DNA of 62,909 bases, counting the filler, from Aduncisulcus paluster (Eukaryota): NCBI GenBank assembly GCA_024181965.1. It is 4 parts of 4 records of this genome, joined end to end, with 100 filler letters (N's around TTAATTAATTAA, not from the genome) between each part and the next. Parts side by side here need not be neighbours in the genome. Positions count along the whole stretch, not along the records: positions 38,075 to 52,568 come from BQXS01012732.1; positions 52,669 to 62,909 come from BQXS01012733.1; 2 more parts are not named here. One strand, written 5' to 3'. Below the pieces are notes generated by a model. The model was not told the DNA's origin. It did no database searches and was given only the letters and a program-made list of their open reading frames with translations. A program made the position numbers and the translations under genes. Of the stretch, positions 45,945-59,100 are shown one piece after another (positions within the stretch are counted from its first letter, which is position 1; every line of letters begins with the position of its first letter).

Positions 45945-47306
45945 CTACATGATAATCTCTCCAAACCCTTGAATACCAAAAACATCAATAGAAGTGACAT
46001 TAATTGGTTCTTGGACCTTTACATCGATGATAAGAGATTCTCCCTTGTCGACAACAATGTCCTTGTGAGCATTTTCACATGACAGGACAATTCCATCCCC
46101 ACGAATGGAACAAAGCTCGGAATCATCTATGCTCAATGTGATCTCAACCCCCGCCTGTCTGTGCATGATATCACCTTCAATTAAATTGAGATTAATCAAA
46201 AAATAGACCTCAAGAAGAGTCATGGGAGATTGTTCAGGAATGATGGCGAACCGGGCACCGTGCCATGTACCGTAATCATCAACGGTCACAGAGAAAGGAG
46301 ATGGGGTTAAGGGGTTTAAAATGGTCGTGTTGGGCGAATAAACAGGCTCGTGGCTCTTTTCAAGCATAGATTTGGCTATACTTGAAGAAGAGAACCTATC
46401 GAAGAAAGAATCACGCAAATGGCCAGGAATATAGAAAATTGACACCGTTTTAGCATTGAAAAGTGCATTAACATCACCAATATTATCGTAATAACCACCA
46501 TCAAAACCATGTGAGTGAGCGATGAAATACATCTCATCAATAATGTTAAATGTATTAAATAGCCGCAAAATATCTTCCTCAGTTTGAATGAATGTCCCGC
46601 CAAGCTGTGTTAAGGCATCAAGCTCTCGAATAATCGATACTTCAGCAAGATCATCGAGGATATCCATTTGAGCCGTTAAAAGATCAAGAATCTCCTGAAT
46701 ATTATGTGAATTGACTTGAACATCATTAAGAAGGGAGTCACACGCCTGTTTAAGTCTCAAAATAGCAGAANNNNNNNNNNNNNNNNNNNNTTCCTCAGTT
46801 TGAATGAATGTCCCGCCAAGCTGTGTTAAGGCATCAAGCTCTCGAATAATCGATACTTCAGCAAGATCATCGAGGATATCCATTTGAGCCGTTAAAAGAT
46901 CAAGAATCTCCTGAATATTATGTGAATTGACTTGAACATCATTAAGAAGGGAGTCACACGCCTGTTTAAGTCTCAAAATAGCAGAAGAAAATGGTTGAAT
47001 TAGATCGAAGAGACCACTGGCATCATCAGCATATTGTTTTGTTGTATTGAATAAAATATCATATTTGTTTAATAACTCCCTGAAATCAGCATCTAAAAGC
47101 TCATATTCATCAACTGTGTCGAGTTCGACAGGTGATGATGGATAGAAGAAAAAATATGAGGAAATAAATACAATAACAGCTCCAAATAACAAAATCAATA
47201 ATATTTTAGCAAGTTTAATGCTGGACTCGGATTTAGAGCCATTTGTAATTTCAGGTTTTGATTGAACTGGGTCAAGCTCAGCTAAAGTAAGTTTATCATC
47301 AGCCAT
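45945..47306 (-). CDS. Type II single-pass membrane protein with coiled-coil stalk
   Basis: Hydrophobic ILLILLFGAVIVFISSYFFF near the N-terminus, followed by an acidic heptad region. Duplicated overlap at gap 46771-46790. Confidence 0.7.
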   Translation of the reverse strand: MADDKLTLAELDPVQSKPEITNGSKSESSIKLAKILLILLFGAVIVFISSYFFFYPSSPVELDTVDEYELLDADFRELLNKYDILFNTTKQYADDASGLFDLIQPFSSAILRLKQACDSLLNDVQVNSHNIQEILDLLTAQMDILDDLAEVSIIRELDALTQLGGTFIQTEEXXXXXXXSAILRLKQACDSLLNDVQVNSHNIQEILDLLTAQMDILDDLAEVSIIRELDALTQLGGTFIQTEEDILRLFNTFNIIDEMYFIAHSHGFDGGYYDNIGDVNALFNAKTVSIFYIPGHLRDSFFDRFSSSSIAKSMLEKSHEPVYSPNTTILNPLTPSPFSVTVDDYGTWHGARFAIIPEQSPMTLLEVYFLINLNLIEGDIMHRQAGVEITLSIDDSELCSIRGDGIVLSCENAHKDIVVDKGESLIIDVKVQEPINVTSIDVFGIQGFGEIIM

Positions 47307-47756
47307 CAGAGATAAAATTGTATTTTAAATAAAATTCACTTTATATTTGATAATGGTTTTAACTGAAATAAAAGTATATTGACAGGAATCGAAAATGGTG
47401 GAGAAAGTAACATAAATAATGAAAAATAAGTAACAGTTGTTTTAAAATTGAATAATATTTTCAAAAATTGAAATTATCGGAAAATTACATACGAATTACC
47501 AGCAAAAGAGCACATTTTAAAAAAATAGTACTGAGAGAAAGTAATTCCATGTGCCTTGACTGAAAGAGATTATTTTCATAAAATAAAACATTTATTACCA
47601 TATTAGAGCTTCAGGACATCAAAACAATACTCAGACATTCAAGATTCATTCTTTATTGAATTGTCAGAAGATTTTTCCACCATAACAGTTGAATTATGTT
47701 ATTATCCAATGTACTATTGCATCTTTTGAAAGAGTTAAGTGTCAGTTAATAGACCT

Positions 47757-49219
47757 TTAGGTGCTCTTAACTTTAACATTCAAGACAACAAATTTGAATG
47801 TCAAGAAGAGAGCAACATGAATCACACAAAGTATCACAAGAACAATAATGAACATTTTGTTATCTAATACCTTTTGGAAGTACTTGTAAATATTTTTGAC
47901 AATGAAAAATCCACTCCAAACAATCCCAAGGCACCATATAAACCACTGGAACCATACCCAAGGGAGAATATGTAATGGGAGTACCGCCAAGAACGGTACC
48001 ATACAATATCCGTAAGTACAAAGCAGGTAGTGCATCGATATTTCGGCCGAGAATATTAGAGACATGAGGAAAGCAATCAAGGGACCAACAAGAATATAGG
48101 CAAACACCATGGCAGCACCAACATAAAAACGAGTATAAGTATCCTTTGTGGGATCACCACCTTCAATTGCAGCATCAACAAATCCAACAATCAAAACTAA
48201 AATAACACATGTGGCCCCAATCCAGAAGGGTCCCCAAGAATCAGCTTTTTCGGCAGCACTTTCAGCAAAATTATCATTAAAAGGGAACAAAACGGCTCCG
48301 CATCTCTTGAAGAATTCCTTGCTTGTTACGTCAAAGAAACGTTGCCAATTAGCCCATGAAAAGAATGGCGGTTTCCCATCTTTTCCTTTCTTTGGAGCGT
48401 CATCAAAGCGAACCTGACTGGAAGGAACAGGCTTCTATGTTCCTGTCTGNNNNNNNNNNNNNNNNNNNNAAACTAAAATAACACATGTGGCCCCAATCCA
48501 GAAGGGTCCCCAAGAATCAGCTTTTTCGGCAGCACTTTCAGCAAAATTATCATTAAAAGGGAACAAAACGGCTCCGCATCTCTTGAAGAATTCCTTGCTT
48601 GTTACGTCAAAGAAACGTTGCCAATTAGCCCATGAAAAGAATGGCGGTTTCCCATCTTTTCCTTTCTTTGGAGCGTCATCAAAGCGAACCTGACTGGAAG
48701 GAACAGGCTTCTGTGTTCCTGTCTGAGGAGGCAATTGAGAACTAGGAGTGGGTTGGGATGGAGGTGGTGGAGGGGGAGCCTGGGATGGAATAGCAGGCCT
48801 TTCCTCTTCTTCAGTCGATTCTTCTTTAGGAGGGATTGATGGGGGAGCAGTATCCTCGATAAACACATCACTAGGAGTGACAGTAGGTTGCGCTGAGGGA
48901 TGGGAGGGAGTTGATTGGCTTCCAGGAGAAACTCCAGAAGGTCCTTCATCAAAGAATGTATCTAATCTCCTTTTATCTTCTTGAGCATCGATTGGTGGTG
49001 GTGGGGGAGTTTTCTCTTTTGGTGGTGGAAGAGGGGCATCATCTTCGAAGAAAAAGTCTTCCTATAAACAATAGATCAAATATATAATTGATAAAAAGGA
49101 TATTCCATCGATGAATACGGTTGAAATAATAAGATTTCCGCAATGCGATCCAAATAGGATAAAAACATAAAATAGAACATGAGTATACATACATCATCAT
49201 CACCTAAAAAATCTCCCAT
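47757..49219 (-). CDS. Yip1-domain protein (YIPF1/2-like), two exons
   Basis: ATG at 49219 (MGDFLGDDD). A GTATGT...TATAG intron at 49192-49062 is in frame. Motifs QRFFDVT, ADSWGPFWIGAT and LCTYGY, with five TM segments. Duplicated overlap at gap 48450-48469. Confidence 0.88.
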
Positions 49220-49597
49220 TGTGTATTTCTTATATGTCGAAAAAAGGAGGTGGGTAAAGGTGGTTCGCTGGCACCGGGTCAAATTCACGCACTGCTCAGA
49301 TTAATAATGACATGGGCTCTAACACACATTTCTACCATTTATAACTACGCAAAACAAAATATTTATTACAATTTCCTTTGGTCGCTTGTAAAGTATTAAT
49401 TTTTTGTAAAGATTGTAAGGACAATTAAAATCAATCAAAGCTATAAAAGATTTAAATAAAAGCTAACTTAGTATAATATTATTATATTTTCAAATAATTT
49501 TTATTTGTATTTCACCTTGTCTATTTATGGCTACATTGAGACACTCAGTCCAAACACGAATCTTATAATTCTCCCCTTTTCGCGAGTTTGAGGAAAT

Positions 49598-50231
49598 ATG
49601 TCTTTCGAGTATGTTGCTTTTATTTATTTATTCGTTTAGTAACGTAACTAAGGTCATCGATTTTTGTTTTTCTAACCTTTTTCCAATTTGAATTGATTTC
49701 TTCTCATTCTTTTATATTACTTATAATATAGGGTTAAGGATAAGGAAATCTGCAGTTACTCTGGCAGAGATATCTACCCCGGTCACGGTATGCACTATGC
49801 TCGTCTTGACTCTAAGGTATGTATTATTGTTTTTGTTAGTCTATGTATTTCCTACGTTTTTTTACATCTTTTGTCATTTTCCCAATATTTTGATACTATT
49901 TTAAACTTGATTTACATTTTATATTTATATTCTTTAGAGCTTTGTCTTCCAGTCTCCCAAGGCTCATAGTCACTTCGTCCACCGTTGGAACCCTCGTCGT
50001 ATCGCCTGGACTCTTGACTACCGTAAAGCTCACAAGAAGGAAGGACAGGCCAGTCAACAAGGTCGTCGTCGCCGTATTAAGCGTAATGTTGTTCGTGGTG
50101 TTGCCGGTCTTTCTGCTGCCCAATTCAAGGCCAAGACCCAGGAATTCACTAAAATGAACAAAGCTCAAGCCGCCAAGTTTGCTGAGGCCTCCAAGAGGAG
50201 AGTTAAGACCGAGAAGGTTCACCACAAGTAA
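49598..50231 (+). CDS. RPL24: 60S ribosomal protein L24 (eL24), three exons
   Basis: Exons 49598-49608, 49732-49816 and 49938-50231 give MSFEVKDKEICSYSGRDIYPGHGMHYARLDSKSFVFQSPKAHSHFVHRWNPRRIAWTLDYRKAHKK. Both introns are GTATGT...AG. The ORF track missed this gene. Confidence 0.95.
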
Positions 50232-50721
50232 ATCTAGTGACGACCCTCGTGTTGATAATTTATACTTCCTTGAAATAAAAATATATTACCTTTACTTGGA
50301 TGTAATATCCGAATAGATATTTTTCAACCAATTTTCCTTCTCATCACCATTTTTCCCGAAATCAGCTGTTTTGATTCCAACTATGTCAGTTGACTCTAAT
50401 TGGGATATTATTCGGAAAGTATGTTCACTCGAGTTGAATTTTATTTTGTGTTTTGTTAATTTCAATAATTTATTCTGTGTTCTCTTTACAATCATCTANN
50501 NNNNNNNNNNNNNNNNNNTTGCTGAGGCCTCCAAGAGGAGAGTTAAGACCGAGAAGGTTCACCACAAGTAAATCTAGTGACGACCCTCGTGTTGATAATT
50601 TATACTTCCTTGAAATAAAAATATATTACCTTTACTTGGATGTAATATCCGAATAGATATTTTTCAACCAATTTTCCTTCTCATCACCATTTTCCCGAAA
50701 TCAGCTGTTTTGATTCCAACT

Positions 50722-52217
50722 ATGTCAGTTGACTCTAATTGGGATATTATTCGGAAAGTATGTTCACTCGAGTTGAATTTTATTTTGTGTTTTGTTAATT
50801 TCAATAATTTATTCTGTGTTCTCTTTACAATCATCTAGTCCCAGCGATTAAAGGATGGTAAGAATCCTTTTTCATCAAGATCAATACTTAAAAGAGATGT
50901 TGGATATCAAAAACTATATAAGTTAGCAAAAACAAAATCAGAAGTGTATGTTTCGTTCTTGATATTTTATATCCTATTCTTTGAATATTTCTTACCTTTT
51001 TTATTATTATCGAATTAAATATGTGTCAAAATATCTGTTTTAGACCATATCGTTGTTTTTCCATAGATTGTGAGATGGTTGGTGTTGCATCTCTTGATTC
51101 TGAAGCTACTGAGTTAGAATCTCATGTTGCAAGGTTATCTATCGTCGATGTTACCGGTAAAGTTGTTTTTGACAAACATATTGCTCCAACCAAGAAAGTT
51201 GTTGATTATCGAACATCAGTATCTGGAATTAGACCAGCCGATCTTATTGATGCCCCCACACTTCCAAAAGTATTCACAGAGATATGCGACATCCTTAAAG
51301 ATGCAATTATAGTCGGACATGACCTTTATCATGACTTTGATTCATTCCCACAGCCATACAAACTCGACCAGCCCACCACAATGTATTTAATAGCTTCAAC
51401 AGATTCTGGCGAGGAATCTAAAAAGAATTTTATTCAAACGAACCGTGATTTTGATAAACAGCTCTCGAAGAAGGCGACTTCATTGGATTCATTAGTATCC
51501 AATTCATGCATTGTTATCCCACGTACCCTTGTCCGTGACACTGCTCATTTCCACGCATACACCCGTGAGGATGGCTTACCTCAGAAACTTAAGGATCTCA
51601 CGTATGAATATCTCGATGCCACAATCCAGGAAGGAAGTCATGATAGTGTTTCTGATGCAAGAGCGAGTATGGGTCTTTATCTCCGCGTTAGGAGAGATTG
51701 GGAGAGGTTTCTTGGGAGGAAACGAGGAATGCTCGGGAAACGGAGCGTCAAAGAGATGGATGTTGTGAAGGATATTCAACAACGTGCTTCTGAGAAGCCT
51801 TCAGAAATTATTCGAATGAAAGAAGAGGCCGAAAATCCTAGAGATAGCAGGTTCCAACCTAGAAGTCGGGAAAGATCTGAATCATTTAGAAAGGAAGGTT
51901 GGGGAATGGACAGAACAAGAGACTTTGGAAGGCCTGAAAGAAGTGGCAGAGACTTTGGTGGAAGAAGTGGAGGAAGGGACTTTGGTGGAAGAAGTGGAGG
52001 AAGGGACTTTGGTGGAAGACCAGGAGGTAGAGATTTCGGTGGAAGACCCGGAGGTAGAGGAAGGGACTTTGGTGGAAGACCCGAAAGAAGTGGAAGTCGA
52101 GACTTTGGTGGAAGAAGTGGAGGAAGGGACTTTGGTGGAAGACCAGGAGGTAGAGATTTCGGTGGAAGATCAGGAAGGTTGGGGAATGGACAGAACAAGA
52201 GACTTTGGAAGGCCTGA
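50722..52217 (+). CDS. REX4: RNA exonuclease 4 (DEDDh) with RGG-like repeat tail, three exons
   Basis: Exons 50722-50757 ([12 protein letters not shown]), 50839-50945 and 51044 onward. Motifs [36 protein letters not shown] and [19 protein letters not shown]. The true 3' end is uncertain because of the repeats. Confidence 0.9.
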
Positions 52218-52560
52218 AAGAAGTGGCAGAGACTTTGGTGGAAGAAGTGGAGGAAGGGACTTTGGTGGAAGAAGTGGAGGAAGGGACTTTGGTGGAAGAC
52301 CAGGAGGTAGAGATTTCGGTGGAAGACCCGGAGGTAGAGGAAGGGACTTTGGTGGAAGACCCGAAAGAAGTGGAAGTCGAGACTTTGGTGGAAGAAGTGG
52401 AGGAAGGGACTTTGGTGGAAGAAGTGGAGGAAGGGACTTTGGTGGAAGACCAGGAGGTAGAGATTTCGGTGGAAGACCCGGAGGTAGAGGAAGGGACTTT
52501 GGTGGAAGACCCGAAAGAAGTGGAAGTCGAGACTTTGGTGGAAGACCCGGAGGAAGAGAT
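51893..52560 (+). repeat. Purine-rich tandem repeat encoding (GRDFGGR[S/P]G)n with a ~280-bp higher-order duplication
   Basis: Units such as GACTTTGGTGGAAGAAGTGGAGGAAGG. The block starting GGAAGGTTGGGGAATGGACAG recurs at ~51893 and ~52173. Confidence 0.9.
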
Positions 52561-52568
52561 AGTAGCTT

Positions 52569-52668
52569 NNNNNNNNNNNNNNNNNNNNNNNNNNNNNNNN
52601 NNNNNNNNNNNNTTAATTAATTAANNNNNNNNNNNNNNNNNNNNNNNNNNNNNNNNNNNNNNNNNNNN
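52569..52668. other. Artificial contig linker
   Basis: N44-TTAATTAATTAA-N44. Confidence 0.97.
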
Positions 52669-55447
52669 TCAATAAATCCATTGCGTGAATGCTTTGAACT
52701 ATATTCCAGAAGCATGGAGTTGGACATTGACGACGCATGAGCTTCACTCTTGCTTCCAGCTGTGAAATTACTTCTTGCGGAAGCCGAAGCGGAACTCCTT
52801 GATGAAAGTTTAGACGAAGTGGATGAATTGGACGATGTAGAAGCTTCGTCTTCCTCATCCGTGTCATGGTTCAAAAAGGCATCGTGTTTCTTTGTCAAAT
52901 CAATGTTTTCCCGTTCAGCTGCATTCTTAACAAACACTTTCCACAAAGATCGAAGTTGAATGATTCCTTGTTGAATCAATCTCCTGACTTTTCGTATGGA
53001 TGTTGAGTGTTTGATAGTGACCGAGTTATCGACTTGCTCTTTTTGGAATAGTTGATTCGCACAAAATACAACAGATTGGCAATCAGCTGATAAATCGTGG
53101 GACAAGCGGGCCTTTCGAAGGATGTACAGGAGCTTATCTTGTTTGTAAGAATACAAGAACATAGTGAAAAGGCTCATAATTCTGGAATTGTCCACACCGA
53201 CAGAAAGGAAAGAGACGTCAAACAAAGAGTTAATCACATCAATTACCAGTGAACGGGAATAAAGCTGACCTGGAGTAGCATTGAAAGGGTTATATAGTTT
53301 GTCAAGTGCACGCAAATGTAGCAATAAAGGACGCAAAGATATTTCAACATCATTCACAAATCCCCATTTAACATGAGCTTCTTCGGTCAAAAAGGTCTTG
53401 ATTTTGCTCAGAGAAACATTATTCTTTACATCTTTCAGGGCACAACGTGCAGCAATTACACGGTACACTTTTTCCATCAATGCATCAAGCCTCTTTTGAG
53501 CAACAGAACGAGCGTTGAGTTTTTTGAAATACTGGTTTTTCTTCTCAGTGTTTACAGATCTCATAGGATTATTGTCAATCAAGTTGGCAGCCTTGGATTG
53601 TTCAATTGCGAATAGAGAATTAGATCCGCCGGCAAGTGACAGTTTCGAGCCGGCAGGAGTGGCGGTGGGGGCACTTGACACAGATATAGCACCAGGGCTC
53701 ACTGGAGACTGTACAGTCATCTTCAGAGNNNNNNNNNNNNNNNNNNNNCGTTGAGTTTTTTGAAATACTGGTTTTTCTTCTCAGTGTTTACAGATCTCAT
53801 AGGATTATTGTCAATCAAGTTGGCAGCCTTGGATTGTTCAATTGCGAATAGAGAATTAGATCCGCCGGCAAGTGACAGTTTCGAGCCGGCAGGAGTGGCG
53901 GTGGGGGCACTTGACACAGATATAGCACCAGGGCTCACTGGAGACTGTACAGTCATCTTCAGAGAATAAGGATCTTCAGTCGGGGTCTTAGGCATCGGCA
54001 AGGACGATGCAGGAGTGCTGTGACTATGTTGAGAAGATGTGTTGGGATGAACTCCAGCAGCAGAAGAACTACTAAATGATGCAACAGTCTTACTGCTGGA
54101 ACCTGTCGTAGTGGTAGCTGAGGTGGTTGTCTTTTCGGCATGTTGGTGCGAAAAAGAAGAGGAGGAGGATGTGGCTGAGGTACCCTTGGCATTATGCCTG
54201 TGGTTATCAGGAGCTTTGTGTGAATGGCCTTCCTTCTTAAGCTTCATCTTTAATTTCTCCTTTTTCGTGAGTTTATGTGTTGGTTGCTGTTTTCTTCGAT
54301 GTTGTTTGTCCAATATTGCTTTTTTGCGAGCATGGTGTTTTTTCTGAAGCTGTTCAAAGAGGTCTCCTTCAAGAAAACCCTCTTTGAAGAACGAACTAAA
54401 TTCCTTGATGAGCTTGTGGACTTTGTGTTGTGAAACATAAAGCCTAAAGAAACATAACAAACCTCCAAATACGGCTCCTATGGGAATACAAAGCATCAAA
54501 GCCCATTTGAAGATGTCATCGTTAGCATTGACAATATACATGGAAAACACCAGACAAAAAACGAACGTTTTCCCGATGCAAGCCGAGTGAATAATGTTCA
54601 TTGTGCTCGAATAGAAGGATACGTACCCTATTTGGATGCATAACATAATAGAAACAAGCAAGAAGACAATGGAGGCCATGATCGTAGGATACGAGGGGAG
54701 ATTCCACACGACAACACCAACAGCTACCCTAAAAAAGAAGAGATAGATGTCATCTCTGGCGTGGGACCTGTGATGGCTTGGCATGGGTTTCATTTGAGGA
54801 TCGAAGAAGTACAATGATAAAATACTCTGTTCGACACCAAAAAGAATACATCCGAGAATTCCACCAATAATAATCATCACTTGAATGGTCGTATCGTAAC
54901 TCGAGAAGTCGGAAACGAGTGATGCAGAGGTAATCCGAGTTAAGACCCAGATTAAAGGGATAAATGACACATATGGGGATACAAAACAGATTGTGGCCAG
55001 GATTTTAATTAACCATAGGCCAAATTTGCTCGTCATGTTCTGGGCTTGCTTCGATGCGGCCCAAAGAAGAGAAATAAAAATGATAACTGGGAAAACCAAA
55101 AGAAAAGCAAAAACGATAAAATATTCTGAGGGTTTGTCAGATTCATCGAGACCAAAAAGAAATATTTTCCCAATTGAATCAGATATTGATCGAAGAATTT
55201 CGTTTTGAGAGGAAAGGGCAGACAAAATAAGCCCATCAAATTGGAGGGATTGAAATAATATAAGAAGAGGGAATAGAATTGGTGGAAAACAATTATTAAG
55301 CTTTAACAAGAAAAAACCTTGCAAAAATTTGTTGGAAATTGACTTAGAACCTCCACCGACGGAGGATGTACTACTGTTTCCTGATTTACGACTACTGGAT
55401 TGAGATCCAATTTCAGACATGGTTCCACCACTGCTACTTGTTTCCAT
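52669..55447 (-). CDS. Multi-pass membrane protein, TmcB/TmcC-like N-terminal part; 3'-truncated
   Basis: About eight N-terminal TM helices (ILFQSLQFDGLI...FFDPQ...HARDD), then a helical block FTMFLYSYKQDKLLYILRKARLSHDLSADCQSVVF resembling TmcB-type repeats. Duplicated overlap at gap 53729-53748. Confidence 0.6.
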
Positions 55448-56151
55448 TTTACCTTATTATTGATATTCAAGTTGCAAAGAATGAAAACTGATAAAAAGTT
55501 TCGACAAATATGTATATTATCAAATCAAAAGTTCTAATTTGAAATATATTACCAACAAAGAGCAATTTTGTCAGGTAGTATGATGTGCAAGATTCCTTCA
55601 CACAACGAAATCGTGAAAATTTGATCATTCGCGAACACTGTCATAATATATATGTTTATTCTTGTGAACATGGTTTAATATGTTATAAAAATCATCTGGA
55701 GATTTTTTTGCATTAATTACATCGTAATTAAAGCCTGGGACAAAATGTCTAAATTTTGTTGGATTAAACCTTTATCCAAGAGCATACATCTTAGTAATAT
55801 GAAGATATTGGGTTTTTAATATTTGTATTATCATGTGAGGCTTTGTTTACTGCAGATATTCTCCATTTATTGATTGAATTCTGTTTCTCGTATTTCCATG
55901 ACAAACAACAATAGAGAAGGCTTGAAAATGCATTTAATCCTATTTTATCTTTATTATCTTATTGAATTGTTTTATAATATTTTTGAAAATGAACAATTTA
56001 TACCATAAATGAGATAGTATCTTGTTTAGGCGAATATTTGCCGATCCAATGACAATAGAGATTCGATATATAAATAAAATCACGTGAGTATTTATAAACC
56101 TGACCTATCTTTTAACAACTTGACACAAACAATCAATCAAAAAAAAAAAAT

Positions 56152-59100
56152 CTAAATAGTTTCATTTCTAACACTTTCCATTTCCATAACTTCCAGAGCT
56201 TCCATTCCTGTTCCAACTTCCTTCTCTTCCTCTTCTTCCTTTTCCAGCTCCTCTTCTTCTTCAATTTCCATGACGAAAGAGTCTTTGACACCCTCTGGCA
56301 CTTTTCCGGGATAGTATGTCCTTTCTCCCAACAAATTGAGTACTGCCGGGAAGAACATTCCTCTGATAACGTGAGAATCATACAAGACAGCAACAGCCAG
56401 TGTTGTTCCAAAGATACACAACAGGATCAGAGAAGATAGTTCAAGACCAAAGAAAGCAACAGCCATAATGAGAGCTGCGAATGAGATGATTGGAGATGTT
56501 GTGTACTGAGCTCTGGTAATGCTTGACCTGTAATCATAACCAGCACGTCTTAGCTCAAACACACGCATGGAGATGAATGTTTGATAATCCATTGAGAGAC
56601 CAGCAAGGATGGATATTGTGAAGATGGGAGCAATCCAAAATACAGATCTAACATCTTCAAGAGTGGATATGAAGTCAAACCAACCAAGAACGAAAATAAT
56701 TGTAATAAATCCCATGATAAAAGCCAAAGTCATACCGATCGTGACAACCATAACAATTGGCATCATAATACTTTTAAAGGTCACTGCGACAACAACAATT
56801 AGGATGAAAGCGACAATCAGGATTTGCCATGGGAAATATGTGTTGACTTCTTCAGCAAGATCATAACTTGTGGATGGACCTCCGTATACAATAGCAGTCA
56901 AATTGTAGGTGTTTGAATCATTGAAATCATCAAGATACTCTCTAATGTCCTCTAATATTGTTTCAGCAGTGGCTGAGAAGGGAGATCCATTAAGAGTGAC
57001 TTCCATGACAGTCCCAACAATATCCGTTACTTCAGCATCTGTTGCATTGTTCGACGTAGAATAAATAACCTTATAAGCGTCAGTAACAGCGGCAGAGCGT
57101 GCTGAAGACAAATAAAAGCCAGCCGTGGAAACATCAATGTCAGTACCAGGGCACTGAATACTTAAAACTGAAGAGCTGTCGATCTGCTCAGATTCATCCT
57201 CAACGGCATTATTAACAATGTCAATGATACCATTCTTGAGTGTATAAAGTGCGTTGAAGGTCTGGGTTGTGAGTGTATTTTCGTCAGCACGCCATCCATC
57301 GATGATAGCACCACCAGTTGTTTTTGACGAGAGGAGGACCTCGAAAGGACCAAGGACACCTTGTCCGGCAATGTTGGCAAGAGTATCCATATTGTCAGCA
57401 AAGTCCCCACTTGAAGGGAACATTTGGTTCATGTCCGATGAGGTCTCAAGCCAACCAAGAGCAACGAAGAAAGGGGAAGAGACAAGAAGGATGAGAAGGA
57501 TAGTAATGATAGAGTGAGAAGTGGATTCGGTAATCCAAGAACTCAACCTGAACCATACGCTATCTTTCTGAGCACTGACAGCTAGTTCAGTTATCTCTGC
57601 TTGGTCTGAAGAGAGCTCAGAATCGACACTCTTGACCTTTTTGGGGGAGAATATGTCCAATATAGTTCCCCAGAATCCTGATCTGGATGCTTGGAGAGAC
57701 ATACCAGTATGATTATGAGAGGAGTGACTAGCAGTAAGATGGGAGATCGCACTTTCAGTAGTCATTAAGGAAGCATCGTTTAACAATTCAACGTCATATT
57801 TCTGGGCTGTCCTGGAGAAAGATTCGACAAAATTGGAACATGTCTTCGAATACTGACTGGAATCAACTTCATGGGTATCCTTGTTATAGAGAGAGCGAAG
57901 ACTTTCAAAACGTTCAACGAAATACTTTTTGTGTGTTTGGCTCCACTGTTTTTTGCATACTTTAGCAACCTTTTCCATCTCTCCAAATGAAAGAGAGAGC
58001 TGGGCTTTGGGGGAGTCAGTACCGATCTCTGGTGATATCTGCAATACAGAAACTTTGCCGGATTTCTTGCTGGATTCAAGAGCATCGAGGATTCGTTGGT
58101 GACTATGCAATGTGTCAATTTCAAAATCCATTTCTCTTTTAGCTTCGGCGACCAAAAGCTTGTGGGTGCTTTCGGGGATCTTTCCAGCAAGGGAATTGTA
58201 TCCAACACGGCCAAGGAGAGATTTTCCAACACGTTCGTACATATGGAAATCGGCACCATCAGCAGTTGCACGATAACGTTGAAGATACTTTGCGGCAAAG
58301 AAATCCTTAAGCAAGAGCATCACAACAGGAACAAGTGTCATGTTGCACAGAACGACTCCAACCAAAACAATGGCTGCACAAGCTCCGAGGGAAGCAGCGA
58401 TATCTGCGGGATATATCAACATGGAGGCGAAACATACAGCAATTGCAACACCACTAACAACAACGGTGTGTCCACTGCTCTGGACAGTCTTCTTAATGGC
58501 CAACCTGGGCGAGTGACCGGTTTCAACTTCAGTCTTGAACCGAGACAACAAGAATAGGGCGTAATCAAGGGAAAAAGCTACACCGACAGACATTGTTATG
58601 GAAGGGGCGAGAGAAGAGACGTCCCAGCTTGCATATGTGATGACCCACCCCCAGAATATTCCAAAGGTAATGGAAGCGACGAAAGAAATGAGGGGAATGA
58701 GCATTAGTTTAAAACTACCGAGCACAAGGAAGAGAATGATAAGGGCAATGGGAATACTTGTAGCATCCATCAATTCCATGTCTTTCTTAACAGTTTTCTC
58801 AACTTCGCTGATACCATAATACTCACCGACAAAACCATAGGAAAGCCCAGTCATGTCAAGGGAGGAGGTAAGAGTGGAGACAATGGCATCGAGATCATCA
58901 ACACATTGTTGGGTTTCACCAGATTCGGGCATGGGAACTGTAATCTTAGTCAGGTATGCTTGGTCACCAGCAGAATTTTCCGGCATTGTTTTGGCTTGTA
59001 AAATACTAAGATCATAATCATTGGCGGCGGCTAAGGCAGCGAGAGAGTAGTATGATACGACTGTGTTATCCTGCAGAGATTCAGGGCAGGGATAAGACGC

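Noticed and set aside
51893..52560. CRISPR-like array
   Set aside because: The units are contiguous with no unique spacers and encode an in-frame peptide repeat. The context is eukaryotic with no cas genes.
51925..52624. Glu/Val-rich ORFs (TLVEEVEEG) and the antisense Pro/Leu-rich ORF
   Set aside because: Alternative frames of the REX4 tail repeat.
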